Assembly (NCBI RefSeq): GCF_018977255.1
Contig: NW_024704743.1
Span: 84,818,001-84,882,000, forward strand
Source: Callorhinchus milii
Lineage: Eukaryota
DNA: 64,000 nt
Reading direction: 5' to 3'
The notes under the pieces are model-generated. The model saw only the letters and a program-made list of their open reading frames with translations, had not been told where the DNA came from and made no database searches. Both the position numbers and the translations under genes were made by a program. Positions within the stretch are counted from its first letter, which is position 1; the number at the start of each line of letters is the position of its first letter. Shown in pieces: positions 12,501 to 25,105 of this stretch.

Positions 12501-14183
12501 CTTGGTTGTTTGTGGGTCTTGCTGTTGTGTTTGCCTCCTAAAACCACAGTTGACAATAATTACTTGTGAAATGCTTTGAAATGCTTTCTGTGAAAGGGCT
12601 CTGGAAAAATGCCTTTTTTTAATGAACAGCTCATTGTGCGAATGAACTGCTTTGAGAATTTCCAAGATAAGGTGCAATATCAAAGTTTATGTACAGAATT
12701 TTTAAACATTCTTAAAGCTCAACTCTGTTGGTTCACTTCAGAAAAGAGTGGTTTTACTGTGATTTGCTTAAAATTGTATTGTTTACAAGTAAACTTGCAT
12801 GGTATCATGTTGTGTTTTTTAGGTGGCATCAATTTTGTATGTTTACTTTCTGTGCCCTTTTGCATATTTTAATATGACAATTGTGGATCAAAGCAGAATG
12901 ATGCATGACCTGTGAACAGGTGAACCAGTGCAAAATCATTGCAGTCAAAGCTGTTAATTCAGACAGGCTGTTAAACCAAGCAAAACTCAATAATAAACAG
13001 ATGTGAGTCACCAAATATAGCCTGCTTTACTCTTTAGGACAATGGGGCATAAAATTAAATGATAGTGTATTAGCAGAGATACAATTTGCAGGTCAAGTAG
13101 TAATAGTAACCTTTCAAGAATCAAATTAGAAATGAATCTGAGTATTGAATCATTTGCAGCTGACAACATCGTGCGCAAAAGTTATTCTACCACAAAAAAT
13201 GATAGTATTGTAATTACAATGATTTTAATGACTAACTTTTTTTTAAAGAGGGAATGAGTGTACATAAATATTTTAAACATTCCCTCTGACTAAGGTTGNA
13301 AAAAAAATTTGGACCTTCATCTTGAGTGATGTGGCACAAAATACTTAGAGCTTGGAGAATGATTAATTTATTAGAAAGTAAAGCTTAAAATTCTAACCTT
13401 GCCATATTTAGCTGGTGTTTGCAAAAATGCTGCTTTAGGAGGAAGGACACATAAAGTGCACCATTCAGGAAGTTAATCGCATTAGCTAAGAAATGCTAAG
13501 TAGCAAGCGGTTTTAATGCATGCTTTTCAGTTTTAATTATGGTAAATTCGTTTCACTATATTGGAAACCTGAGCTCTGACTTAGTATTTTGATGGGCTAT
13601 CAATCGATCAATTCAATAACTTGATATCTTTACGTGTTTGAGTGGACATGTAACTAATACACCTGTGAATTTATACTCCTGTGACTGATACCTTGTTTTT
13701 GATGCTTGCCCAAAAGATCCTATTCTGTCTGTGGTCAGGTTCAAAACACAGCAAGTTAGCTGTTAATTGAAGTATGGCAATTTGAGCTATAACTAAATTT
13801 TTTCTGTTCTAGCCAGAGCAGCAGTAAATATTAGGACTAAGAGTCTCAAAATGTAACTCGATTGGACAAGTTTTAATTATTTTCAACTTGTCTCATAGGT
13901 CTGTGATCTTTTTTATTCAGTGGTGCCTTATTATAGTTTGCTCCCATTATAACTTTGTGTTGGTTTTGTATTTAAGTAGTTGTAAATACAGTATTTACTC
14001 AAAAGCATTTTACTTGATTTATATTGCCTCGTAACATATGGTTCATCTCACTTAATGATGGGCTTGCTGACATTTGACCTCACATTTAGATATCTAGAAA
14101 GTGGATCACCTTCGACCTTTGTGTACATAAGTGTCTTCAGCACAGCAGACACAGGATTGTGGTTGACCTTTGATCTTTTTTAG

Positions 14184-14345
14184 GTGGCTTTAGTACAGTG
14201 GACGCAGAGTGTGGGTCTGACACTGGTGAGCAGAGACCTTTCATCAATGCAGTTGAAGACCCCTGGCGGACAAATCCTTCCATTCATCATTCTACAGGTT
14301 TTCCCTTTTACATCTGAAAGCAAGAGAATGGGCATCATTGTCAGG
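14184..14345 (+). CDS. ATP9B: ATP9B exon, 162 nt (VALVQWT...RMGIIVR)
   Basis: tttttag acceptor, AGG|gtgagt donor, [14 protein letters not shown] motif. Confidence 0.96.
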
Positions 14346-15399
14346 GTGAGTTTGGGAATTTGTTATAGACAAAGAGGTAAAGATCTTAAATATATTGCAT
14401 CTGCTTTCCTGAAAGAGCTGTAATATGTAATGACTATGCTAAATACTGAAAAACTGGAATAAAGTATGTTTATTTCTTTTAGTCAGCAATACAAGCCATC
14501 AATATATTTTTCTGAATGCTGATGTATTTATAAACTGAACAATTAGTCTATTTCTTTAATAGTTTTACTCTATTTTTGTCAGGATTGTAATGTAAACTAG
14601 ATATTTCATCTGATTTGGCAAACATGTCAGCTAAACTGCACGAGCAACATTTCACAAACAAATGAAATTAAAATCAAGGACGAAGAAAGTGAAAGGCGGA
14701 AAAGAAGGCCAATTTATAAGAATAGGAGAAAAATAAAAATGGAAGGCAGAGGTTGGGTGCTCAAGTCTTGGATGGTAACCAATAACACATGCGAGAGGGT
14801 TAGTAGCCTACATCAGCCACAGCCATACTTAAATCCGATGGGGTGATTCACTGATGAATTCCATAACTGTCTTCCCCAATAAGACCTAAGCCCTAAACAA
14901 TAATGCACTCTGTAATGCAAGGAAATTAAATTCGAATTATTTCCATTCATTTGGAGTATTAACATTTTCCTCCAGTTTACTGAAAGAGTAATTGGAAAGT
15001 AACTTTATTCCCCTCCTCCTTCCCATTTAGAAAAAACAAGCTCCCACATTTACCATATCGAGAAATGCATCAGGCTGGGTGACGTGCATGTAGTGAGCTT
15101 GTGCGCACAGTATGCCAAAATGTTAAGTTCTACATCTCAAGTCAATTATGGTGCTATTTAGAGAAAAGATTCCTGTTTAAAGAGTAGAAAAACCAAAGGG
15201 GAGGTGATTTCCAGCTTACTTATGTGCACCTCCTTCTAGTCAGTGTAGAGAGTGGAAAGAATACAGGTTGACTACAATATTTTCAAGTGCAAGATCAAAG
15301 TAATACAGTATTACTTTTATTTTACTGTTTCTTTAAAAGGCTGAATCAAACATTTCTAATGTCAATCGTTATATTTTTCTTTGACTTCCTGGGTGTTAG

Positions 15400-15492
15400 G
15401 ATGACTCTTCGGGGGAAATCACATTCTACATGAAAGGAGCTGATGTGGCAATGTCCAGCATTGTACAGTATAATGATTGGCTGGAAGAAGAG
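15400..15492 (+). CDS. ATP9B: ATP9B exon, 93 nt ([31 protein letters not shown])
   Basis: gttag acceptor, GAG|gtaaga donor, KGAD nucleotide-binding motif. Confidence 0.96.
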
Positions 15493-15559
15493 GTAAGATT
15501 TTTTTTCAAAACAAAAATTGCGCACACTGATTCCTTCAATGGATTATGTATTTAGTCCT

Positions 15560-15955
15560 TGCCAGGTTTCAATGGCTCTCAATCCCCGAACGGATCAACT
15601 TCAAGATCCTCTCATTTATTTCCCTCGCACCTCCCTACCTATCCGACCTGCTTACATCCCAATCCACCACCCGCTGCCTCCGCTAGGCTGATTCCAGCCT
15701 CTGATTTGTCCCTTGTGCCCTCTGTTCCACCATTGGTGGCCGTTGCTTCAACCACTACGCTTCAAAACTCTCTCTCAATCCCTCTGTCTTGTCCCCTCCG
15801 TCGCCAACTTCAAATCCCACCTAAAGACCTTCCTTTTTGATCGTACTTATGGTCCTTCTCCCCTTGGCTCGTTGTCAGACTCTGCTACTGTGAAGCGCTC
15901 TGGGACGCTACCCTGCCTGAAGGGAGCAATACAAATCCAAGTTGCTGCTGTTGTT
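15560..15955 (+). mobile_element. degraded L2 3' fragment
   Basis: FKSHLKTFLF remnant, tail aagcgctctgggacgc...gttgctgctgttg. Confidence 0.8.
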
Positions 15956-16689
15956 TATATAGCTCTCTTCATGTAGAATAAAATCTTGGAGCGCTTAACA
16001 TTGGCCAAGATGAACACTGAGAGAAACTTGTTCATTATAAAGTATAGACAATATTTTTTAAAAAATTCCTTCGCCACAATTTCTGCAGGAAGTGATGGAA
16101 GAGATCTGATGATTGGGAACTCGGCCATTTAGCTTCCAACATTTAAAAAAAACTACTTTTGGGTCACCAGGTCGCCACCAACATCACTTCCTGCTTTGCA
16201 CATGGGAATTGACGTTGGCAGTGATTTGATGATCCTGACGTTAGGTTATTTTTTAAGCACAGCGTCAAGCAGGGAACAAGCTGATCAACTTCATGTTTAC
16301 AAGTAACCAGCTATTGTGGATCTCCTATATATTCCTAAATTGGCATTTTTGCTAAGATATTTCCATGATCTTAAAAACAATCATGTTCAACATGACACTT
16401 GATTGTATAAAAAGAATTTTAGGCACAGCCAGGAAGTGAGTAACGATTTTATTTAGGGGATTGTTGGGCAGGAGGAACTCCTCTTTTGAATAGTGCCACA
16501 TATTTATCTGGCATATAATGTGACGTAATATCACCTAATGTCAAATATTTCACACTGATTCAGTGAAGGAGTTACTTTGAAGTGTGAATGCTTTTATTGG
16601 CTTTAAAAACTGGTAGTTAACTTGTGCTTTTCATTGAAATTGTGGCATGGAATTTTTTTTAATATAAATCTCAATTTTTCCCACCAATA

Positions 16690-17075
16690 CTCTCTTCTTT
16701 CTCTCCTCCCCCTTCAAAATCAAGTTTTCTTCTACTGGAGTATGTGCCAGGTGCACTCCAACAAGTCACCCAACCGGCAACCCATTCTGATTTGACAATG
16801 AGTGATCAGAAACTGTTTCACTGTGAGAAAGCATTGCATCCAAACCTCAAGTAGTCCTCACCCAACATTCACATGTGCCAGCAGGGATCACAAATGAGCA
16901 GTCAAGTGCAGGGATCACAGTGGTTGATATTCCTCCTATTCCAGCAACACTGAAACAAATTTTTACTGTTCTCTGGTTGAGATCCATAGACCCTGATTTT
17001 AGGCCTGTGATTTCTGATCCCTATGGCTTAGATGTGCATACTGCAGTGCTTTTACCCACTGGATTATCAGGGAGG
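16690..17075 (-). mobile_element. ancient SINE-like repeat (related copy at about 54700-54970, + strand)
   Basis: Degenerate tRNA-like head on the minus strand and weak mutual similarity (gatgctctc/acactcattg blocks) with the 54790-54940 region. Confidence 0.3.
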
Positions 17076-17084
17076 CCTATGAGG

Positions 17085-17246
17085 AACTGTGGGACACTGC
17101 TGTGCGCAATTGGCTGCTGCGTTTTGCCCACAAATATACAGTCAATTCAATATAGAGTCAATTTACTTTACAGTATATTCTGTGAAGCGCTTTGAGATGT
17201 CTCGAAAACGTGAAAAGCGCTATATCAAACGCAAGGATTATTATTA
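17085..17246 (+). mobile_element. DeuSINE 3' half
   Basis: tgtgggacactgctgtgcgcaattggctgc core plus tail. Confidence 0.85.
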
Positions 17247-18344
17247 TCTAAACCACCAGATCAGGCAAACAGGCCTTGATTTAATCTGAAGGACAGTGCT
17301 TCCAATGTAGCATGTCGCTCCATTTTTTATTTGTTCAGATTAATAGAACATTAATTACATTTCTTCTGTTCTTTTTAGTTGTATGGAGGTGTTTTGGTCT
17401 TATTGTGTAAATCGCATGTAGACTAGCCATTTAGATTTCTTTTAATGGGCTGATTTTAAAAATAAGCTTACCAGAATAGAGTCCGAGACTAGTTTCCAAG
17501 ATTGATCTTTTTCATTTGTTTCTGTGGAAAGAAAACGTTAAAACTCATTCCTCTCTACAGTGCAAAATGCATTTTGGGAAATATTCAGTAAAAAGAATGC
17601 TGCATGAATCACAAGTAGGTCTAAGATCGAACAGCTGAATTGTCTCTGCTGTTCTATTTTATGTTCCTCTTGAGTATTACCTACACGATTTGATGGGATT
17701 GTAATGATTTTAAAATTATAAGAACCTTTTCTTGCCCCAGTGATTATAGATGATGATGATGATTTTATAATAGGACAATCTCAACGCATATGTTTATAAT
17801 GCTTTACTATTGGCAATATCCCTTGGTCAATAGTTGCTGTAGGGCAGTTCGTTTCAATTGGTAGCGTGTATAAATTAAGTCCAGTGGAGACCCATTAAAA
17901 TGTCATAACCACAGGTATACTGTTAATGATGTACAATTAATTGTAATATCCCTTAGTTTAATTTGCTGAGGATTACGAGGTCATGTCATTGAAAGTGTCC
18001 AGCAATATAAACTGAAAGAACAGTTATTGCTGGTGTTTTAAACTGTGATATATAGAAAAGGCTTAATGATTTAATTTGAATGGTTTATCTTGGCTTTTTT
18101 CTACCCCATTACAATATCTTATTGGTATAAATTGGATGCATGCTTTCACGTGAATAAAACCTTAAATGTCTGTACAATACTTGTAGATGTAGGTGAAAAT
18201 GTATTATCAAAATTGATAGAATCAGTTAAGACCACAATTTTCAGTGTATCCTAAAGATTTATCTCTAGGATAGACCAAAAATTGTGGTCTTAGCTTTCTG
18301 TTTTACCCCAGTTCCCACCACACAGACACAAATACACTCATATG

Positions 18345-18592
18345 ACTTTGGCACAATGATTGGGTTCAAAGCCAATCCCAAGATTTTACTGCTACCAATT
18401 TTGTTTTAGCAAGCAGGCAAGATTGTTGTTGTTGAGCATGGGTGTTTCAGTGCTGCTTCATTGAAATGTCATCTTAGTTCAGATTAATTAAGACTAAGTC
18501 CTGCCATTGTTAATAACATCAGTGTCTTAGCAGGAACAAAATTGGCAACTGAAATCTTGCAACCCATTTTGACCCAACCATTGTGCCAAAGT
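18345..18592. mobile_element. palindromic MITE-like foldback element
   Basis: Imperfect terminal inverted repeats of about 65 bp (actttggcacaatgattgggt... / ...acccaaccattgtgccaaagt). Confidence 0.65.
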
Positions 18593-18713
18593 ATCAGTCA
18601 CTTGCATGTTTTCTTCAATAATTGAAAATTGTGATGAATGCATACCCTAACATCAAATCTGTTAAGAAACATCACAATATTCACTGCTAATTTCTTGAAT
18701 GCCAATGTATCAG

Positions 18714-19485
18714 TCTGGCTCAGTTGGTAGGGCTTTTGCCACTGAATCAGAAGGTTGTGGCTTTAAGTCGCTTGTCGGGGCTTGGAACTCATGTTGTCTT
18801 AGCTGATACTCCAATGGACATTCCAGTGCAGACCTGGGATTATGTTGCATTGTTGGAGGTATCGTCCGTTAGATGAGATGTTAAACCGAGGTCTCATCTA
18901 CCTGTTCAGGTGGATATTAAAGATCCCATGGCACTATTTGTTTTTTAAAAATAAAGGTGTTTCTCTCAATGTCTTGCCAACAACACCCCAAATAATAATA
19001 ATAATAATCCTTGTATTTGATATAGCGCTTTTCATGTCTTCTCGACGTCTCAAAGCGCTACACAGAATAGACTATAAAGTGAATTGACTGTATATTTGTG
19101 AGCAAAACGCAGCAGCCAATTGCGCACAGCAGTGTCCCACAAACAGTCGTGGATTGAAAATGACCAATTTATTATTTTTTGTTTTTGGAGGGATTATTAT
19201 TAGCCGTGTGGAGTAAGGAAACTTGCCCAAGGTTTCGCCCTGCCTGGAATTGAACCCAGGCGTCTCGCTTGCAAGGCGAGTACTCTAACCACTGAGCTAC
19301 AGGACTCCAAATAAAATCGATTACTCACTTCATTGCTGTTTGTGGGACATTGCAATGCATAAAATTGGCTGCCGCGTTCACCCACAAAACACACAGTCAC
19401 GGTACTTTACACTATATCCCGTGAAACACTTTGGAACGTCCTCCCAATGTGAAAGGCACTACATACCAAATATAAGAATTATTAT
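18714..19485 (+). mobile_element. old full-length DeuSINE interrupted by a young SINE
   Basis: tRNA head ggctcagttggtag, Deu-domain gatgagatgttaaaccgagg...aaagatcccatggcacta, continues at 19309 with core and L2-type tail. Confidence 0.8.
18993..19308 (-). mobile_element. young tRNA-Ala-headed DeuSINE, short subfamily, full length
   Basis: ggagtcctgtagctcagtggttagag head, A/B boxes, (TTA)n tail, aaataa on both flanks as likely TSD. Confidence 0.92.
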
Positions 19486-20646
19486 TAATATAATTATTTT
19501 CTTTTGATTTTGTGGAAGAAAATTATAGTCTCTCATAGCTTCATTGTTCATTTTGTTTCTACATCAAAATACAAACTACTGTGATTTAATAAGCCAGAGC
19601 ATCTAACTGTATAAATATCCGCCGAATGGAGAGAAATCTAAGATTAAAATAAAACATTTAAACATCATCTTGACTAGTTTAAAGGTATTTTAGACTACTA
19701 TTTCACTCCTCCTCCCAATTTTCTAACTACCATTGCAGTGAAGTTGGGCAGCCAGCTTTCAAGCATCTTTTGGTGCTGTATTTTCTGGCCGCTGGGAAGC
19801 TTGAAATAAAAATAACTAAATCTGAATCTCCAGCATTTAGATATCTAAATAATGTAGATTCAAACTCCTGTGCACCACCTAGTGATTAGCTTAAGAGTAG
19901 CCTTGGGCAAACAGTTGGCCTCAGACTGAATCCTCTTTAAAGGGACATTTATTAGGATTATATTCCCACTCTGCCAGAATTGCTTCGCTGACCTGGAGAT
20001 AATCATTACATTTTACATCTGAAAATGGGAAAAGCATGCTGGAATCGCCACAGTTTCTAAGCTAGATGTACACAGCTGCCTACAGAAAAAGATCCTACTA
20101 CAGAGGCCCAGTTTGATGCTGCTAAGAGTTGGCCATCATAGTAGATGCTATATGAAATGCAATGTCTGGTTCAGTAGAAAACACGTAGTAGATAAATCAG
20201 AAGAAGGTTAACGTTTCAGACATGACCCTTCAACAAAACTCGTTTCAGATTTCCAGCAGCCATTATTTTTAATCTTCTCAGTACAAGGGGGCAGCCTAAG
20301 GTGCATGTAAAAGGCAGAATTGAACGAAAAAGAAAAATTGCTTCAAAATATATTATCCCTATTCTCTAAATGGAGATTGTCTTCTAAAGGATGTTTTGAA
20401 CTTTGATTAACTTGACTCAGCTGAAATGGTGGCGGGGCCATTGCTTCAGAAGTGACACGTCCCTTTTATTAAAATTAAAGAAGGATTCTATGTCCAGATT
20501 ATTGTAGAGTGAAAGTTTCTGCTTCTCATCACTGTTCATCAGCTTCAGTTGGTACTGTGCATGTGTGAACATCAGGAGGACCTCTATCCGGTATTGCAAA
20601 TATCCAAAACAGCTATTCAAATGAAGGATTATTATTCTCTTCACAG

Positions 20647-20730
20647 TGTGGAAACATGGCAAGGGAAGGACTGAGGACACTAGTGGTAGCCAAAAAATCC
20701 TTAACCGAAGAACAGTACCAGGATTTTGAG
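20647..20730 (+). CDS. ATP9B: ATP9B exon, 84 nt ([28 protein letters not shown])
   Basis: ctcttcacag acceptor, GAG|gtaaaa donor, EGLRTL motif. Confidence 0.96.
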
Positions 20731-22699
20731 GTAAAATGAGATTCAATGTTTTCATCATTCATATTTAATCTTTCTCCTTTAACCTCCGCACACAAAGCAT
20801 TCCTCACTGGATTTCCCATCTGTTAGTGGCTTGAAGCCACTATGTTTTCTTTCAACCATCTACTGTTTTCAGTATCTTGATCCTGCCTCCTCCAGACAGA
20901 AAAGTAAAGGAGCAGTCAGTTGGAGAGGGAAGAGAGCTCTTTCATGATGTTTTGTTTGATTTTCAGTCTATATCCTATTATAAAAATGAGCTTCAAAATA
21001 TAAAGGAAAAACAATATGAAATGTCATCTTACATTCTGGGCTGATAATTTTAATGGTAACAAGAAAACATTTACCAGAGCTAAATTATGTTCCTGAACCA
21101 CACAATTAATATTAATACTTTATTTTTAAATGTAACAGGGCACATATTAATGTAACCATTTGTTAATTCTTAATAGTCATGTGGAGCAGATTATACAATC
21201 TGTTGATAGTACTTTGTTAATTTAATACTTTTTGAGTTCAATATTCACACTAGGTAGAAAAAAACACACCAAGCAAAAGCTACAACATTGGTAAACATTT
21301 AACTATTCTTTTACACATCAATTAAACTCACTGGTTAGGATCTCCCACTTATGAAAGTCTAATTTAATTGGTAGTATTGTTTATATAATTAACCTTTGAC
21401 ACTGATCATTATATAGATCCATAGACTTTGTCTATACATCTCTTCTTTGCCTGCCTCTCCCCTCCCCATTCAATTTAACAGATTTTTGCTACTATATTTG
21501 TAATTTAAAGGAGTAGCTTTGCTGAGGTTGAATTAAAATCAGTAGAATTTCTGGCATAATAATTCTACAATGAGCCTGTAAAAATAAGCTTTGTTTATAA
21601 AAACGTATGAGGGGGGAGAAATGAGAAGTAATTGTGTTGCTTTGCTATAATCCAAGTATTTAGTGTCAATGCCAGGTCTGAGCAAATGCAGTTTCCTTTT
21701 TCTCAGCTATGTGTAATACAATAGGCTAACTAGCACTCCTGTTACTGATTCTCATCCGACATCATCAGGAGTCTAGTTTGGATGAATTTTGTACACCTTT
21801 GAACTCTTTTTGAAAAAAAATTTGGAGGATTTTTAATTTCAGAAGTGTACTTTGTTTAACATTAAAATTGAATTATTTTATGTGAATATACTTACATTAT
21901 GCCACTTGCTCTTAATAGGACTGCAGCATTATATACAATCTTTGTAATGTACACTGGCTGCCTTCAAAAGATTTCGCAGAAATTTTCACATGTTTTAAAA
22001 ATAACAAAATCTCTGTTCAGGAAGGTGCAGCGTGTGAAACTGATGTAATGGATAGATTTAATATCCCAGGGGGATGCTTTAGTAATTATGTAGATGAAAT
22101 GTGGGATCAAATTGCACATCTGTGCCACATCTTTATGGTTTGAATAAGTTTTAAAATTGAATTAAAAGTGAGCACTCTAAATCCTAAACCGTTCTAGCAT
22201 TGCTAAAGTGGAACTTTGCATTTTCTTTTATTCCTTTGAAGAAAAAGCTTTAATCTGTTGCAGATGGAATTACACTCAAACCTAAATCAAATGTTAACCA
22301 GGTTCTTGCACAGCATTAGCCTGTCTTGTTTCATTCAAAGCAATCCAATGTTATGTAGTCCATTAGTTAAGAGTCTTTACATTAATTTCTACAATAAACA
22401 TTTTATATTCCATTTATTCAGTGATCATCACATATCCATTTAACCCTCGCTCGTGAATAAATGATATGATGACCTATTATAAAGTTCAAGCCCATTCCAT
22501 CCGGTTACTTGGTTGATTTGCGTTCAGCTCAACAGAGACTTTTGAGTTGCTCTAAACCCACAGTGTTGCTTTCAATGTCAGCAATAATCCATACGTTTAG
22601 CCTAAAAATGTCATTATTGCTCATAAGCTCCCATCCCTTTGTGCCCATTTTTCTATTTAATGGTAAAATTCCTCTAAATCAATTGGCAATATTTCTGGA

Positions 22700-23135
22700 A
22701 TGTCTGTACTGACCAGATTTTCAGGCTATTGTCTGTGCGTGGGCACAGGTAAGCAGGATCTCCTTGGGCCTGAATTTGGCTCCAAGGTGACATGTTTGGC
22801 AATGGGATATTGGAATCAAACCAGCCCTCTGTGGCCGTCTCAGTAGTCCGGTACCTGAGCCAGGCGAGTCCGCAGTATTCCAGGGTACCGCTAATGACAG
22901 CACAGCGAACCTGCCTCATCAGCAGGACTTGGAAGGGCAGACCACTCACTCACTGGGGGCAGGGAATCGTTGCACTCAGCTCCTGTTAATCCTGCAAGCC
23001 CAAACCCTAATGAATAGGGTAGTCCTAGCTGGATAAGCAGCAGGAAAGCTCGCTTTCAATGGCAAGCTATTTTAGCTGGTTAGACTCCAGCAGTACCCCA
23101 ACGCACATTCTTGGGTCACCAAGCCTTGGCTCTTG
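22700..23135. repeat. unclassified interspersed repeat, copy 1
   Basis: Aligns by eye with 62990-63290 (opposite strand) and 44552-44670 (same strand). Confidence 0.8.
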
Positions 23136-23415
23136 AAATTCTCAGTTTGGTTTGGATATTTTAAAATAGTAATGGATTTCCGCATGTGTCAGACACCCTG
23201 CTGTCTTTGTGATTTTGTAGATTGAAAAAATTGTAGCTAACAGTCTTAGCAAAGTAACTTCTCTTTCCCCCTTATTTCAGACAGTGAGAACAGATGGCGC
23301 TTCTGTGATGCCCTCAGGAGAAAAGTCTTCCACTAGTTATAATAAACTAAGTTAAAGTACTTGCTTCCCAGGAGTGAAGCATGTAAACCAGATGGAATTG
23401 AGGCATTTTGGGCAG

Positions 23416-25105
23416 TACAGTAAAACTCACAAGTCACATCATTCAGGACCATAACATTTAATATGATTTACGGGAAGTCCGAGTTGCGAGAAAACTGTAT
23501 AAATCATAAAACCTCCGATTTAATCAATAATCTACACTGTGTATGCGTAATCTAACGCAGCCATTAAATACACATGTGATAAATCATCATTGCAGCTGTT
23601 AAGTGCACGTGCGGCGACCGGTCACGACTACATTTCCTGCGATTCACTGCGCCGTTAACTGTCGCCGTTTGCGCACTTACCGGCAAGCATTGCAATCATG
23701 GGAAATAAAATTCTTCTGCACATGAGCCGACAGATCAAAAGTATGTTTCCCACAATTCAATGCAACCGGACGGTAAGTACGTATGAGTCGAAGGGTCAGG
23801 ACGTAATTTCCCATATTTCAAGGCAGATGGCAAGTGAGGGAGTAATAACAACAATAACAACTTGTATTTATATAGTGCCCTCCACACCGGACGGCATCTC
23901 AGAGCGCTTCACAGTAACGGATCCCAGGGCCGAGCCAGGGGGAGAGGTGGGAAGGTGACCAAAAGCGCGGTCGAAAAGAAAGGTCTTCAGCTGAGACCTG
24001 AAAATAAAAAGAGAGGGTGCGAGGTGAAGGGAGGTGAGGAAGGGAGTTCCAGAGCCTCGGGGCACAGTGGCTGAAGGCACGGCCACCGAGGGTGGAGTGG
24101 AGGACTCTGGGGACAAGGAGGAGGCCAGACTCAGTGGAACGAAGGCAACGGGCACTGTTGTGAGGAGAGAGGTCAGAGAGGGAGGGGAATGCAGAGGAGT
24201 GGAGGGATTTGAAGACAAGGGTGAGGATCTTGAAGTCGATCCTCTCTGGGACAGGCAGTCAGGCAAGGATAGGGATAATCAGGGAGCGGAGTTTGGTGCG
24301 GGTAAGAATGCTGGTGGCAGAGTTTTGGATGACCTGAATTTTATAGATCGTAGCGGATGGGAGACCGGCGAGGAGGGCATTTGGGTAGTCCAGCCAAGAG
24401 GTGACAAAGGCACGGACCAGGGTTTCAGCGGCTTTTGGGGTGACTGGGGGTCGCAACGTGAGGTGGAAAAATAGAGTTGGGTGTCATCCGCATACATGTG
24501 GAAATGTACCCCATGTCTGCAGATGACATCCCCAAGAGGGAGCACGTAGATCAGAAAGAGGAGGGGGCCAAGGATGGATCCTTGGGGTACCCCGCAGGTA
24601 ACTGGGTGAGAGCGGGAGGCGAAGCTGTTTGTGCAGATGTTCTGCTGGTGGTTTGTGAGGTAATAATCCTTGCATTTGATAATAATAATCGAGGTAGGAA
24701 TCGAACCAGGTGAGTGCGGTCCCACTGAAGTGGATGACTGAGGAAAGAGGGTGGAGGAGGATGGTGTGATCGACTGTATCGAACGTGGCAGAGAGGTCCA
24801 GGAGAAGGAAGCGGAGGGAGCCCTGGTCACAGAGAGAGAGGATGTCATTTGTGACTTTCACAAGTTTGAACTGTGGGCAGGGCGGAAACCGGACTGGAGG
24901 GGTTCGAAGAGGGAGTGGGAGGAGAGATGTGCGCGGAGTTGATTTGGAGGATAGGTGAGCAACATTACAAGTTAGGAAGTGATTAATAAGAGTATTGCAA
25001 AGAAATCAAAAGTGGTTTTGATAGGAAATTGAATGGAACTCGGGTGAAAGTTCGACTTGCCCGATTATATGACTTATAAAAAAAACTCATACGAGTTTTA
25101 CTGTA
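23416..25105. mobile_element. non-autonomous pogo/Tigger-like DNA transposon split by an L2 insertion
   Basis: TA-CAGTAAAACTC at 23416 and GAGTTTTACTG-TA ending 25105; subterminal aagtca(c/t)at similarity. Confidence 0.65.
23844..24945 (-). mobile_element. L2 LINE, 1.1 kb RT/3' fragment
   Basis: GVPQGSILGPLLF, YADDTQLY and LLDLSATFDTVDH motifs in broken frames; L2 tail at the left end. Confidence 0.93.
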
